A stretch of DNA of 52,382 nt. Source: Bacillota bacterium (lineage in GTDB: Bacteria > Bacillota > Halanaerobiia > Halanaerobiales > DATFIM01). Shown here piece by piece: positions 37,377-47,787 of the stretch. Each line of letters starts with the position of its first letter. Positions within the stretch are counted from its first letter, which is position 1. Under the pieces are notes generated by a model. The model worked only from the letters and a program-made list of their open reading frames with translations, did no database searches and was not told the DNA's origin. The stretch is taken from assembly GCA_051744805.1 (NCBI GenBank), contig JBNJDK010000005.1:1-52382 (forward strand). Reading direction: 5' to 3'. A program made the translations under genes and the position numbers.

Positions 37377-39230
37377 ATGAGTAAAATATTAGGTATTGAT
37401 CTTGGTACTACAAATTCTTGTATGGCAATTATGGAAGGTGGAGAACCTACGGTTATTCAAAATAAAGAAGGTAATAGAACTACACCATCTGTAGTTGCAT
37501 ATTCTAAAAAAGGTGAGCGTATTGTTGGAGAACATGCTAAAAGACAATCTATTACTAATCCCGACCAAACAGTAAAATCTATTAAAAGAAAAATGGGATC
37601 TGATTATAATGTAGAACTTAATGGTGAAAATTATACACCACAAGAGATTTCTGCTATGATTTTGCAGAAATTAAAAAGAGATGCAGAAGAATATGTTGGT
37701 GAAGAAATAAAAGAAGCTGTAATAACTGTTCCAGCTTATTTTACAGACAGTCAGCGTCAGGCAACTAAAGATGCAGGTAAAATAGCAGGTTTGGAAGTAA
37801 AAAGAATTATAAATGAACCAACTGCTGCATCACTTGCTTATGGTCTTGATGATGATAAAGATCAAACAATTTTAGTTTATGACCTTGGTGGAGGAACTTT
37901 TGATGTATCTATTTTAGAGTTAGGAGACGGTGTATTTGAAGTTGTTGCAACTAATGGTAATAATGAACTTGGTGGAGATGACTTTGACCAGAGAATTATA
38001 GATTATGTAGCAAAGAAATTTAAAAGCGAAAATGGAATTGATTTAAGAAAAGATAATATGGCATTACAGCGCTTAAAAGATGCAGCTGAAAATGCTAAAA
38101 AAGAATTATCTTCTGTAAAAGAAACAAATATTAATCTACCATTTATAACCCAAACAGAAGATGGCCCAAAACATCTTGATGTAGATATTACAAGAGCTAA
38201 GTTCAATGAACTAACTGAAGATCTTGTTAAGAAAACTATGGATCCAAGTCAAACTGCACTTGATGATGCTGGAATGGATCCTTCTGAAATAGATGAAGTA
38301 ATTCTTGTTGGTGGTTCAACTAGAATTCCAGCAGTACAGGATGCTGTTAAAGATCTAATTGGTAAAGATCCTCATAAAGGTATAAATCCTGATGAAGTAG
38401 TAGCTATTGGTGCTGCAATTCAGGGTGGAGTACTATCTGGAGATGTTGATGATGTCGTTCTTCTTGATGTAACTCCATTATCATTAGGTATTGAAACTCT
38501 TGGAGGAGTATTTACAAAATTAATTCCTAAGAACACAACTATTCCAACTTCTAAGAGTAAAATATTCTCAACAGCAGCTGATAATCAAACCAGTGTAGAT
38601 ATTCATGTTCTACAGGGAGAAAGAGAAATGGCTAAAGATAATAAGACTTTAGGTCGTTTCCAACTTACTGGAATTCCACCTGCACCAAGAGGTGTACCTC
38701 AGATTGAAGTAGAATTCAATATAGATGAAAATGGTATTGTTCATGTTTCTGCAAAAGATAAAGGAACAGGTAAAGAAAATGATATTACCATTGAATCTAC
38801 CAGTGGACTTTCTGAAGAAGAAATAGAACAAATGAAAAAAGAAGCAGAAGAACATGCTGAAGAAGATAAGAAAAAACGTGAAAGAGTAGAAACACGTAAT
38901 GAAGCTGATTCTCTTGTTCATCAAACAGAAAAAACTCTAGATGAAGCTGGAGATAAAGTAGATGATGAACTTAAAGATAAAGTTGAAAAAGCAAAAGATG
39001 AATTAAAAGAAGCGCTTGAGGAAAATGAAGATGATATAGAATTAATTAAAGAAAAAATGGAAGCCTTAAATGAAGAATTAACAGAATTAAGTACTCAGAT
39101 TTATTCTCAGGCCCAGCAAAATGCTGAAGGTGCTCAAGGTCAGCCTGGAGGACCAGGAGCTGGAGCTCAAACAGATGATGATGATGAAACAGTTGATGTA
39201 GATTATGAAGAAGTAAATGATGATGAGTAA
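37377..39230 (+). CDS. dnaK: Chaperone DnaK
   Basis: [25 protein letters not shown] and [11 protein letters not shown]. Confidence 0.99.
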   Translation: MSKILGIDLGTTNSCMAIMEGGEPTVIQNKEGNRTTPSVVAYSKKGERIVGEHAKRQSITNPDQTVKSIKRKMGSDYNVELNGENYTPQEISAMILQKLKRDAEEYVGEEIKEAVITVPAYFTDSQRQATKDAGKIAGLEVKRIINEPTAASLAYGLDDDKDQTILVYDLGGGTFDVSILELGDGVFEVVATNGNNELGGDDFDQRIIDYVAKKFKSENGIDLRKDNMALQRLKDAAENAKKELSSVKETNINLPFITQTEDGPKHLDVDITRAKFNELTEDLVKKTMDPSQTALDDAGMDPSEIDEVILVGGSTRIPAVQDAVKDLIGKDPHKGINPDEVVAIGAAIQGGVLSGDVDDVVLLDVTPLSLGIETLGGVFTKLIPKNTTIPTSKSKIFSTAADNQTSVDIHVLQGEREMAKDNKTLGRFQLTGIPPAPRGVPQIEVEFNIDENGIVHVSAKDKGTGKENDITIESTSGLSEEEIEQMKKEAEEHAEEDKKKRERVETRNEADSLVHQTEKTLDEAGDKVDDELKDKVEKAKDELKEALEENEDDIELIKEKMEALNEELTELSTQIYSQAQQNAEGAQGQPGGPGAGAQTDDDDETVDVDYEEVNDDE

Positions 39231-39260
39231 AAACAGATAAATAATTGGACTTTGATAATA

Positions 39261-39291
39261 GAAAAGAAGGGGAGTCCATCCCCTTCTTTTC
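39261..39291 (+). terminator. Strong hairpin between dnaK and dnaJ (partial terminator or mRNA stabiliser)
   Basis: Perfect 13-bp stem GAAAAGAAGGGGA / TCCCCTTCTTTTC. Confidence 0.7.
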
Positions 39292-39320
39292 AATGCTATT
39301 AGAAAAAGGTGGTGATTTTA

Positions 39321-40448
39321 TTGGCAGGTCAAAAAGATTATTATGAAATACTTGGTGTGGATAAAGATGCCAGTCAAAAAGAAATTAAAAAAGCATATAG
39401 AAAATTAGCTAAAAAATATCATCCAGATATGAATAAAGATGATTCAGATACTTCTGAAAAATTCAAGGAAATATCTGAAGCTTATGAAATTCTAAGTGAC
39501 CCTGATAAAAGAAAACGTTATGATAGATATGGACACTCTGGTATTAATGATGATGACTTTAATTTTGATGATTTTGCCCAGGGTGGTTTTGGTGGTTTTG
39601 AAGATATTTTTGATATGTTTTTTGGAGGACGTAGTGGACGTGGTAGCCGAAGACGTGGTCCACGTAAAGGTTCGGATTTGCAATACAGAATGGAGATAAC
39701 TTTTGAAGAAGCTGCATTTGGAGCTGAAAAAGAAATTACTATTCCCCGTACTGAAACATGTGAAACTTGTGGAGGAAATGGAGCCAAACCTGGAACAGAT
39801 GTAAAAACCTGTCCAAAGTGTGATGGTACTGGACAAATGAGAGTAAGTCAAAGAACTCCTTTTGGACAATTCACCCAGACAAAAACCTGTGATAGATGTG
39901 GTGGTACTGGTAAAATAGTAAAAACACCATGTCCTGATTGTAATGGTACTGGTAAACAGAGAAGGCATCGCAATTTAACAGTAAATATTCCCGCAGGAGT
40001 TCAAGATGGAAATAGACTGCGTATGGCAGGAGAAGGTGAAGCAGGAGAAAAAGGAGCTCCAAGTGGAGATTTATATATTATAATTAGTGTAAAAGAACAT
40101 GAAATATTTGATCGTAAAGGTGATGATATTTATTGTGAAGTGCCTATCAACTTTGTACAGGCAACACTTGGTGATGAAATAAAAGTGCCTACCTTAGATG
40201 GAAAAGTTAAATTTACTATACCTGAAGGGACACAACCTGGAACTACTTTTAGATTAAAAAATAAAGGTATACCACATCTTAATGGTCGTGGTCGTGGTGA
40301 TGAATATATTAAAACAAAGGTTATTATTCCAAAACATTTAAGTCAGGAACAAAAAGATTTATTAAAAGAGTTTGCTGAACTTAGTGGTGATGAAATAAAC
40401 CCGGAAAAAAAGGGTTTTTTTAGAAAAGTGAAAGATGCTTTTGGTTAA
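39321..40448 (+). CDS. dnaJ: Chaperone DnaJ
   Basis: J domain with HPD, G/F region, four CxxCxGxG repeats; TTG start after AGGTGGTGA. Confidence 0.98.
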   Translation: MAGQKDYYEILGVDKDASQKEIKKAYRKLAKKYHPDMNKDDSDTSEKFKEISEAYEILSDPDKRKRYDRYGHSGINDDDFNFDDFAQGGFGGFEDIFDMFFGGRSGRGSRRRGPRKGSDLQYRMEITFEEAAFGAEKEITIPRTETCETCGGNGAKPGTDVKTCPKCDGTGQMRVSQRTPFGQFTQTKTCDRCGGTGKIVKTPCPDCNGTGKQRRHRNLTVNIPAGVQDGNRLRMAGEGEAGEKGAPSGDLYIIISVKEHEIFDRKGDDIYCEVPINFVQATLGDEIKVPTLDGKVKFTIPEGTQPGTTFRLKNKGIPHLNGRGRGDEYIKTKVIIPKHLSQEQKDLLKEFAELSGDEINPEKKGFFRKVKDAFG

Positions 40449-40470
40449 AATTTAATATTATTAATTATTT

Positions 40471-40497
40471 CCCCACTTCGGTGGGGTATATTTTTTT
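40471..40497 (+). terminator. Intrinsic terminator after dnaJ
   Basis: CCCCAC-TTCG-GTGGGG followed by TATA-T7. Confidence 0.8.
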
Positions 40498-40598
40498 ATG
40501 GATAATTATTGACAAAGTTTAAAAATTAATTGTAAAATATAATAAAGCAGAAAAAAATAGACTGTAATATATACTATGTTTGAGAGAGGATGATTTTT

Positions 40599-41351
40599 TT
40601 GCATAGATTTTTTATAAAGGAAGAACAGGTAAAAAATGATTATGTAAAAATTTCGGGAAAAGATTATAAACATATTTCAAAATCATTAAGACTGGAAAAA
40701 GGGGATAAGATTATTGCCTGTACAGGTGATGGTTATGATTTAATTGTTGAATTAAAAGATTTTACTTCTGATCAAATAAAAGGTAAAATATTAAAAAGAG
40801 AAAAAAACAAAAATGAACCTTTCCATAGTATTACAATAGCTCAGGCAATTCCCAAAAAAAGAAATATGGAATTAGTTGTTAAAAAAACAACTGAGATAGG
40901 TGTAAAGAAAATAATACCTTTGGATACTAAAAGAACAATAGTAAAATTAAAGGGAAAGAAAAAGAAAAAAAGAATTTCTAGATGGCAAAGGATAGCTGAG
41001 GAAGCGGCAAAACAATCACAGCGTGGTATTATTCCTGAAGTCAATGATATATTTTCGATTAATAAATTGAAAAATATAAAAGAAGAATATGATTTTATTC
41101 TTGTATTATGGGCTTCTGAAAAAGAAAAAAATCTATCAGAAATTGTTAGTGATTTAAATATAAACAAAGAGAATAATATATTATTAATAGTTGGTCCAGA
41201 AGGTGGATTTAATGAAAAAGAAATTTTATTTTTTAAAGATGAGCTAAGTGCTAATTTAGTAACTTTGGGACCAAGAATTTTGAGAACAGAAACTGCTCCA
41301 ATTGTAGGAATATCAATATTATTATATGAACTTGGAGATTTAGGAGGATAG
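40599..41351 (+). CDS. rsmE: 16S rRNA m3U1498 methyltransferase RsmE
   Basis: MHRFF start, EAAKQS.R, IVGPEGGF and LGPRILRTETA. Confidence 0.95.
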   Translation: MHRFFIKEEQVKNDYVKISGKDYKHISKSLRLEKGDKIIACTGDGYDLIVELKDFTSDQIKGKILKREKNKNEPFHSITIAQAIPKKRNMELVVKKTTEIGVKKIIPLDTKRTIVKLKGKKKKKRISRWQRIAEEAAKQSQRGIIPEVNDIFSINKLKNIKEEYDFILVLWASEKEKNLSEIVSDLNINKENNILLIVGPEGGFNEKEILFFKDELSANLVTLGPRILRTETAPIVGISILLYELGDLGG

Positions 41352-41354
41352 ATA

Positions 41355-42665
41355 GTGAAAAAAGTTGCCTTTTATACCCTTGGGTGTAAGGTTAATCAAT
41401 ATGAAACTGAGGGAATGATAAATTTATTTAAAAAATCAGGTTATGAAGTTGTAAATTTTCAGGATGAAGCAGATTATTATATTATAAATAGCTGTACTGT
41501 AACAAATCAGGCTGCCAGTAAATCTCGAAAAAGAGTAAGAAGGGCAAAAAGAAGAAATCCAGAGGCAAAAGTAGTTATGGTAGGCTGTTATCCCCAGGCT
41601 TTTACCTCTGAAGTAGAGGAAATTAAAGAAGTAGATTATATAATAGGTAGTAGTGGTAAAAAAAACATAGTAGAATTATTAGAGAAAAAGGAAAATGAAG
41701 ATAATATTTTTTTAAGTGAGATGAAAGAATTTGATAATATACAAAAATTTGAAGATATGCATCTTAATGAAATAAATGAAAGAACTAGAGCTAATATAAA
41801 AATAGAAGATGGATGTAATCAATTTTGTAGTTATTGTATAATTCCTTATGCTAGAGGTCCTATAAAAAGTAGGGAATCTGAATCAATTATCAAAGAGATT
41901 AAAAAACTTATTAATAAAGATATAAAGGAAATAGTATTGACTGGAACCCATCTAGGAAAATATGGTTTAGATAAAAATAAAAAAAATCAATTGAGTAAAC
42001 TTGTTGAAAAAATAGTTCAAATCAAAGGAGATTTTCGTTTAAGATTAAGTTCTATTGAAGTGACAGAAATTGATAGTAAATTAATTTACTTAATAAAAGA
42101 AAGTCAAAAACTTTGTTCTCATCTACATTTACCATTACAAAATGGAAGTAATGCTATTTTAAGAGCTATGAATAGACCATATACTGTGGAAGAATTTTCT
42201 AAAGTAATCAATATTTTAAGAAATGAAATTCCAGATATAGCTATAACTACTGATGTTATAGTTGGTTTTCCCGGTGAATCAGATAAAGATTTTGAAAGGA
42301 CAATAAATTTCGTTAAAAAAATAAATTTTAGCCGTTTACATGTTTTTCCTTTTTCACCTCGCCAGGGAACACCGGCAGCAGACATGGAACCTAAAATACC
42401 TGACCCAATCAAAAAGAAAAGGAGAAATAAACTAATTGAAATTAATAAAAAATTAATGAAAAATTACCAGAGTAAATTTATTAATAAAGTAAAAAGAGTG
42501 GTTATTGAAGAAAATCGTGATTCTAAAACAGGTATGTTAACTGGAGTAACTGATAATTATTTACAGGTTTTAATAGATGATAATGATAGTTACAAAAATA
42601 AATTAAAAAAAGTTAAAATAGTAAAACCTTATAATTATGAAAAAAGTATTGGGAAAATCATTTAA
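41355..42665 (+). CDS. mtaB: tRNA t6A37 methylthiotransferase MtaB
   Basis: TLGCKVNQYET, INSCTVT, GC.QFCSYCIIPYARG and HVFPFSPR.GT.AA; follows rsmE. Confidence 0.95.
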   Translation: MKKVAFYTLGCKVNQYETEGMINLFKKSGYEVVNFQDEADYYIINSCTVTNQAASKSRKRVRRAKRRNPEAKVVMVGCYPQAFTSEVEEIKEVDYIIGSSGKKNIVELLEKKENEDNIFLSEMKEFDNIQKFEDMHLNEINERTRANIKIEDGCNQFCSYCIIPYARGPIKSRESESIIKEIKKLINKDIKEIVLTGTHLGKYGLDKNKKNQLSKLVEKIVQIKGDFRLRLSSIEVTEIDSKLIYLIKESQKLCSHLHLPLQNGSNAILRAMNRPYTVEEFSKVINILRNEIPDIAITTDVIVGFPGESDKDFERTINFVKKINFSRLHVFPFSPRQGTPAADMEPKIPDPIKKKRRNKLIEINKKLMKNYQSKFINKVKRVVIEENRDSKTGMLTGVTDNYLQVLIDDNDSYKNKLKKVKIVKPYNYEKSIGKII

Positions 42666-42682
42666 TAGAAAGGGGGGAGAAT

Positions 42683-43027
42683 ATGAGTGAATGTCTTTTT
42701 TGTAAAATTGCTTCTGGTAAAACAGACACAGAAATAGAATATGAAGATGAAAAAATAGTTGTCTTTGAGGACATTAATCCAAAAGCTCCGGTACATTTAT
42801 TAATAGTACCTAAAAAGCATATTCCTACTTTAAATGATTTAAAAATGGAGGATAAAGAATTAGTAGGTCATATTTATCAAGTTGCTGCTGCTTTAGCAGA
42901 GAAAAAAGGGATTGAGGCAGATGGTTATCGTCTTGTAAGTAATTGTAATGAAGATGGGGGACAGACAGTTTTTCATGTTCATTTTCATCTATTAGGAGGT
43001 AGACAATTACAATGGCCTCCTGGTTAA
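42683..43027 (+). CDS. hinT: Histidine triad nucleotide-binding protein
   Basis: CLFCKI, HVHFH triad and C-terminal WPPG. Confidence 0.93.
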   Translation: MSECLFCKIASGKTDTEIEYEDEKIVVFEDINPKAPVHLLIVPKKHIPTLNDLKMEDKELVGHIYQVAAALAEKKGIEADGYRLVSNCNEDGGQTVFHVHFHLLGGRQLQWPPG

Positions 43028-43037
43028 TATTTCTTTC

Positions 43038-43066
43038 TTTACAAAATTATAATTATATTGTATAAT
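43038..43066 (+). promoter_or_regulatory. Sigma-A-type promoter of the gcv leader
   Basis: TTTACA-17 nt-TATAAT. Confidence 0.65.
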
Positions 43067-43087
43067 ATAAATATATAATTAAATAGT

Positions 43088-43209
43088 GACGGATGAAGCT
43101 CAGGTGAGAGGTCAAGAAATGGCCGCCGAAGGAGCAAGGCAGATTATGCTGAAACTCTCAGGCAGACGCAATCTGGGTGGACGTAACTCTGAACTAATGA
43201 GGACAGAGG
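43088..43209 (+). ncRNA. Glycine riboswitch, single aptamer plus downstream ghost aptamer
   Basis: GAGAG...CGCCGAAGGAGCAA...GAAACTCTCAGG core; k-turn leader ACGGATGAA / TGGACGT; residual second P1 CTCTG...GGACAGAG; directly upstream of gcvT. Confidence 0.92.
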
Positions 43210-43243
43210 AAGCAAAAAGTTTAAATACTTTTGCTTCCTTTTT
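43207..43243 (+). terminator. Riboswitch-controlled attenuator terminator
   Basis: AGGAAGCAAAAAGT / ACTTTTGCTTCCT plus T run; the 5' arm overlaps the ghost aptamer. Confidence 0.85.
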
Positions 43244-43258
43244 GTAATTTAATAGGAG

Positions 43259-44341
43259 GTGGTTAATATCAAAGAAACACCATTAAATGAGAGACATAAA
43301 AATTTAGGCGCAAAAATGATTGATTTTGGTGGTTGGGAAATGCCAGTTCATTATTCAAGTATAATAAAAGAACATAAAGCTGTTCGAGATACTGCTGGAT
43401 TATTTGATGTTTCACATATGGGAGAACTAAAGGTGAGTGGAAAAGATGTTCTTAGTAATCTCCAAAATTTACTAACAAATAACATCAGTAATTTAAGTAT
43501 AGGACAGGCTACCTATACACTTATGTGTAATTTTGAAGGTGGTATAAAAGATGATTTTTTGGTTTATAGAATAGCAGATAAAGAATATTTATTAATAGTA
43601 AATGCTGCAAATATTCAAAAAGATTTCAATTGGATAAAAGATAATTTAAAAGGTGAAGTAAAAGTAGAAAATTTATCTGAAGAATATGGACTATTAGCAT
43701 TACAGGGGCCAAATTCTGAAAAAATCCTGGAAGAGCTTACTGAAGTTGATTTAGGTGAAATTAAATATTTTAGATTTATTGAGGACAAAGTAGCAAATAT
43801 AAAAACTTTAATTTCAAGAACAGGATATACTGGTGAAAAAGGATTTGAACTATATTGTGATTCAAATGACCTTGTTGAACTCTGGGATGAAATTATTGAA
43901 GTGGGAAAAGAATTTGATTTGAAACCTGCAGGTCTTGGGGCAAGAAACACTCTTCGACTTGAAAAGAAATTGTGTCTGTATGGTAATGATATTGATGAAG
44001 ATACAAACCCAATTCAAGCCGGATTGAATTTTGCTGTTGATTTAACAAAAGACAATTTTATTGGTAAAGAAAAAATTAAACAGGTAAAAGAAATTGGGCC
44101 TGAAAAAAAATTAATTGGTTTTAAATTGATTGATCGAGGTATTCCCCGACATGGTTATGATATAAACAAAAATGATAGGAAAATAGGTAGAGTTACTAGT
44201 GGAAGTTTTTCACCGAGTTTAAATGAGAATATTGGTTTAGGATATGTAAATGTTGAAGAAGCTGAAATAGGTAATGAAATTGAAATTGTGATTAGAAACA
44301 GGAAAGTAAAAGCAGAAATAGTAAAAACACCATTTATTTAA
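43259..44341 (+). CDS. gcvT: Glycine cleavage aminomethyltransferase T (true start possibly ATC 43268)
   Basis: TPL...H, FGGWEMPV.Y, GLFDVSHMG, SRTGYTGE.GFE and GLGAR.TLRLE. Confidence 0.97.
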   Translation: MVNIKETPLNERHKNLGAKMIDFGGWEMPVHYSSIIKEHKAVRDTAGLFDVSHMGELKVSGKDVLSNLQNLLTNNISNLSIGQATYTLMCNFEGGIKDDFLVYRIADKEYLLIVNAANIQKDFNWIKDNLKGEVKVENLSEEYGLLALQGPNSEKILEELTEVDLGEIKYFRFIEDKVANIKTLISRTGYTGEKGFELYCDSNDLVELWDEIIEVGKEFDLKPAGLGARNTLRLEKKLCLYGNDIDEDTNPIQAGLNFAVDLTKDNFIGKEKIKQVKEIGPEKKLIGFKLIDRGIPRHGYDINKNDRKIGRVTSGSFSPSLNENIGLGYVNVEEAEIGNEIEIVIRNRKVKAEIVKTPFI

Positions 44342-44430
44342 AGTGATTAGTTTAGATATGAAAAGTGAAAGAAAATTGATTTAAAATTATGTCAAGGAAA
44401 AAAATTAAAATAAATTTAGGAGGAATAAAA

Positions 44431-44814
44431 ATGAAAATACCAAAAGATTTATATTATGCTGAAAATCATGAATGGGTTAGTGTTGATGGAAATACTGCTG
44501 TAGTTGGAATTAGTGATTTTGCTCAGAGTGAATTAGGAGATGTTGTTTTTGTTGAATTGCCAGATAATGGTGATGAATATGATAAAGATGATCAATTTAT
44601 TGTTATTGAATCAGTTAAAACAGTTTCAGATGTATATATGCCTTTAAGTGGAAGAGTTGTTGAAGTTAATGAAGATCTTCTAGATAGTCCTGAATTAATT
44701 AATGAAGACCCTTATGGTGATGGCTGGTTAGTAGAAATTGAATTTGATGATGAAGAAGAATTAAATGAATTAATGGATAATGAAGAATATGAAGATTATA
44801 TAGAAAATGAATAG
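44431..44814 (+). CDS. gcvH: Glycine cleavage H protein
   Basis: HEW, GISDFAQ.ELGDVVFVELP, lipoyl-Lys motif ESVK and N.DPYG.GW. Confidence 0.97.
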   Translation: MKIPKDLYYAENHEWVSVDGNTAVVGISDFAQSELGDVVFVELPDNGDEYDKDDQFIVIESVKTVSDVYMPLSGRVVEVNEDLLDSPELINEDPYGDGWLVEIEFDDEEELNELMDNEEYEDYIENE

Positions 44815-44843
44815 AAATTAAATTAGCCAGGGAGGGAAAATAA

Positions 44844-46202
44844 ATGGATTATATTTCCAACACTCCTCAAGAACGAAAAAATATGTTAGAAGAAATTGGG
44901 GTAGAAGAAGTTGAAGAACTTTTTACTGCTGTTCCAGAAAAGGTAAGATTTAATAAAGAATTTGATTTACCAGCTGGAATATCAGAATTAGAATTATTAA
45001 ATTTAGTTAAAGAAAAGGCTGAAAAAAATAGTACGATTGCTGAAAACACCTCATTTTTAGGTGCTGGAGCTTATGATCATTTCATACCAAGTATAGTTGA
45101 TCATATGATTTCTAGATCAGAATTTTATACTGCATATACTCCTTATCAGGCTGAATTAAGTCAGGGAACTTTAGAAGCTATTTATGAATATCAAAGTATG
45201 ATAGCTGAGCTTACAGGTATGGATATTGCTAATGCTTCTATGCTGGATGGTGGTTCTGCTCTAGCTGAAGCTGTTTTGATGGCAAGTAGAATCACCCGTA
45301 AAGAAAATATACTTATATCTAAAGGAGTTCATCCTTCTTATAGAGAAGTGACTAAAACTTATACAGAACCTAAATCAATTAAATTAAAAAATATTGAGTT
45401 AAAAAAAGCTAAAACGCCGTTAAAAAATATAAAGGATAATTTAGATGAAAATACAGCAGCTGTAGTTATTCAATATCCCAATTTTTATGGTACTATAGAA
45501 GATTTAAAAGAAATTGGAGAGTTGTTAAAAGATAAAAAAACTTTATTTATAGTGGCTGCTAATCCAATAACTCTCGGTATGCTGGAAGCTCCTGGTAATT
45601 TGGGAGCAGATATAGTAGTTGGTGAAGGCCAGAGTTTAGGTAATACTATTAATTATGGAGGACCTTATTTAGGTTATATGGCAATCCGTAATGATCGCAA
45701 ACATTTAAGACAGCTTCCTGGACGTCTTGCTGGAGCTACTGAAGATAAAGAAGGAAATAAAGGTTTTGTTTTAACATTACAAACTAGAGAACAGCATATT
45801 CGAAGGGAAAAAGCACCTTCTAATATTTGTAGTAATGAATCTCTTAATGCTTTAATTTCTGCTATATATATGTCAGCAATGGGTAAAAAAGGAATTAAAG
45901 AAGTTGGATATCAATCTACACAAAAAGCCCATTATTTTGCTGATAAAATTAATAATCTAGATGGATTTGAAGTAGTTAATAAAGACAACTTTTTCCATGA
46001 ATTCTGGATTAAAACACCATTAAAAGTTTCAAAAATCAAAGAAGAACTTTCTGAAGAAGGTATTTTAGCAGGAGTTGACCTTAATAGATTTAATGAAGAA
46101 GAAGGTCTACTTATATGTGTTACTGAAAAAAGAACAAAAGAAGAAATTGATGAATATTTGAAAAAATTGGAGGTGCTTGCAGATGAAAGAACCTCTCATT
46201 AA
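44844..46202 (+). CDS. gcvPA: Glycine dehydrogenase subunit 1
   Basis: [24 protein letters not shown] and [18 protein letters not shown]. Confidence 0.97.
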   Translation: MDYISNTPQERKNMLEEIGVEEVEELFTAVPEKVRFNKEFDLPAGISELELLNLVKEKAEKNSTIAENTSFLGAGAYDHFIPSIVDHMISRSEFYTAYTPYQAELSQGTLEAIYEYQSMIAELTGMDIANASMLDGGSALAEAVLMASRITRKENILISKGVHPSYREVTKTYTEPKSIKLKNIELKKAKTPLKNIKDNLDENTAAVVIQYPNFYGTIEDLKEIGELLKDKKTLFIVAANPITLGMLEAPGNLGADIVVGEGQSLGNTINYGGPYLGYMAIRNDRKHLRQLPGRLAGATEDKEGNKGFVLTLQTREQHIRREKAPSNICSNESLNALISAIYMSAMGKKGIKEVGYQSTQKAHYFADKINNLDGFEVVNKDNFFHEFWIKTPLKVSKIKEELSEEGILAGVDLNRFNEEEGLLICVTEKRTKEEIDEYLKKLEVLADERTSH

Positions 46203-47622
46203 AGATTATAGTAGTGAAGGTAGGACAGGTTATACCCTTCCAGAATTAGATGTGCCTGAAAAAGAAGTAGATGATTTAATAACTGGTGATTATTTACGTA
46301 AACAGGAGCCTGATTTACCAGAAGTCAGTGAAGTAGATGTAGTTCGTCACTATACCAGCTTATCCGAAATGAACTATGGGGTTGATTCAGGAATTTATCC
46401 TCTTGGTTCCTGTACTATGAAGTATAATCCAAAAATTAATGAAGATATAGCCAGATTAAGTAAATTAACACAACTTCACCCTTATCAATCTGAAAAAGAT
46501 TTACAGGGTTCATTAGATATTCTTTTCAATTTAAAAATTTATTTATCAGAAATAAGTGGTATGGATACTGTTACTCTTCAACCTGCCTCTGGAGCACATG
46601 GAGAATTAACAGGTTTATTAATAATTAGAAAATATTTTGAAGATAAAAATGAAAATAGAAAAAAAGTAATTGTTCCAGATTCTGCCCATGGTACTAATCC
46701 TGCCAGTGCTGTTATGGCCGGGTTTGATGTAGTAGAAATAGAATCAAATGAAGAAGGTATGGTTGATGTTGAAATTCTAAAAGAAGAGGTAGACGAAGAT
46801 ACTGCTGCTTTAATGCTAACAAATCCAAATACCTTAGGTATTTTTGAAAAAGATATTTCTGAAATTGCAAATGTAGTTCATGATGCAGGAGGACTTCTTT
46901 ATTATGATGGAGCTAATATGAATGCGATATTAGGATATGCTCGTCCTGGAGATATGGACTTTGATGTAATGCATTTTAATCTTCATAAAACATTTTCAAC
47001 ACCTCATGGAGGTGGAGGTCCGGGCTCTGGTCCAGTAGGTGTTAAAGAGTTTTTAGAACCATTTTTACCAACTCCAGTATTAAAAGAAAATGATGGAGAA
47101 TTTTATTGGGATCGAGATAGACCTAAATCAATTGGGAAAATTCATGCTTTTTATGGCAATTATGGAGTTATGGTCAGAGCATTTTCTTATATAAGAGCTT
47201 TAGGGAAAGAAGGATTGAAGAAAACTACTGAAAATGCTGTGTTAAATGCAAATTATATGAAAAAGAAATTAAGAGAAGATTTTGAACTTCCATATGATGA
47301 AAGTAGTTTACATGAATTTGTATTATCTGGTAGCAAACAGAAACAAAAAGGTGCCAGCACTGAAAATATTGCCAAAAGATTACTTGATTATGGTCAATAT
47401 GCCCCTACCATTTATTTTCCATTAGTAGTAAAGGAAGCTTTAATGATTGAACCTACTGAAACTGAGAATATAGATACTTTAAATAGATTTATTAGGACTA
47501 TGAAAAAAATTGCTGAAGAAGTTGAAAATGATCCTGAATTAGTTAAAAATGCCCCACATAATACTGTAGTAAGAAAACTTGATGAAGCTAAAGCGGCTCG
47601 CCATCCAGATCTTAAATGGTGA
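46183..47622 (+). CDS. gcvPB: Glycine dehydrogenase subunit 2
   Basis: [21 protein letters not shown] and [16 protein letters not shown]. Confidence 0.97.
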   Translation: MKEPLIKDYSSEGRTGYTLPELDVPEKEVDDLITGDYLRKQEPDLPEVSEVDVVRHYTSLSEMNYGVDSGIYPLGSCTMKYNPKINEDIARLSKLTQLHPYQSEKDLQGSLDILFNLKIYLSEISGMDTVTLQPASGAHGELTGLLIIRKYFEDKNENRKKVIVPDSAHGTNPASAVMAGFDVVEIESNEEGMVDVEILKEEVDEDTAALMLTNPNTLGIFEKDISEIANVVHDAGGLLYYDGANMNAILGYARPGDMDFDVMHFNLHKTFSTPHGGGGPGSGPVGVKEFLEPFLPTPVLKENDGEFYWDRDRPKSIGKIHAFYGNYGVMVRAFSYIRALGKEGLKKTTENAVLNANYMKKKLREDFELPYDESSLHEFVLSGSKQKQKGASTENIAKRLLDYGQYAPTIYFPLVVKEALMIEPTETENIDTLNRFIRTMKKIAEEVENDPELVKNAPHNTVVRKLDEAKAARHPDLKW

Positions 47623-47658
47623 TATAATAATAAAATTTGATATATTATGATAGAATTT

Positions 47659-47690
47659 AAGGCAGCCTTAAATGGCTGTCTTATTTTTTT
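47659..47690 (+). terminator. Intrinsic terminator after gcvPB
   Basis: AAGGCAGCC / GGCTGTCTT followed by A-T7. Confidence 0.8.
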
Positions 47691-47695
47691 AAAAA

Positions 47696-47720
47696 AGGAT
47701 TTTTTATGTTAATATCGAAT
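47696..47720 (+). promoter_or_regulatory. SigH-like promoter upstream of nfeD-floA
   Basis: AGGA-TTT...-GAAT with 17-nt spacer, close to the Bacillus/Clostridium SigH consensus. Confidence 0.55.
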
Positions 47721-47787
47721 ATTATATATAAATAGGAAAATATTAAAAAAAATTAATTTTATAACAAATTTATATAAAAGTCGGGAG

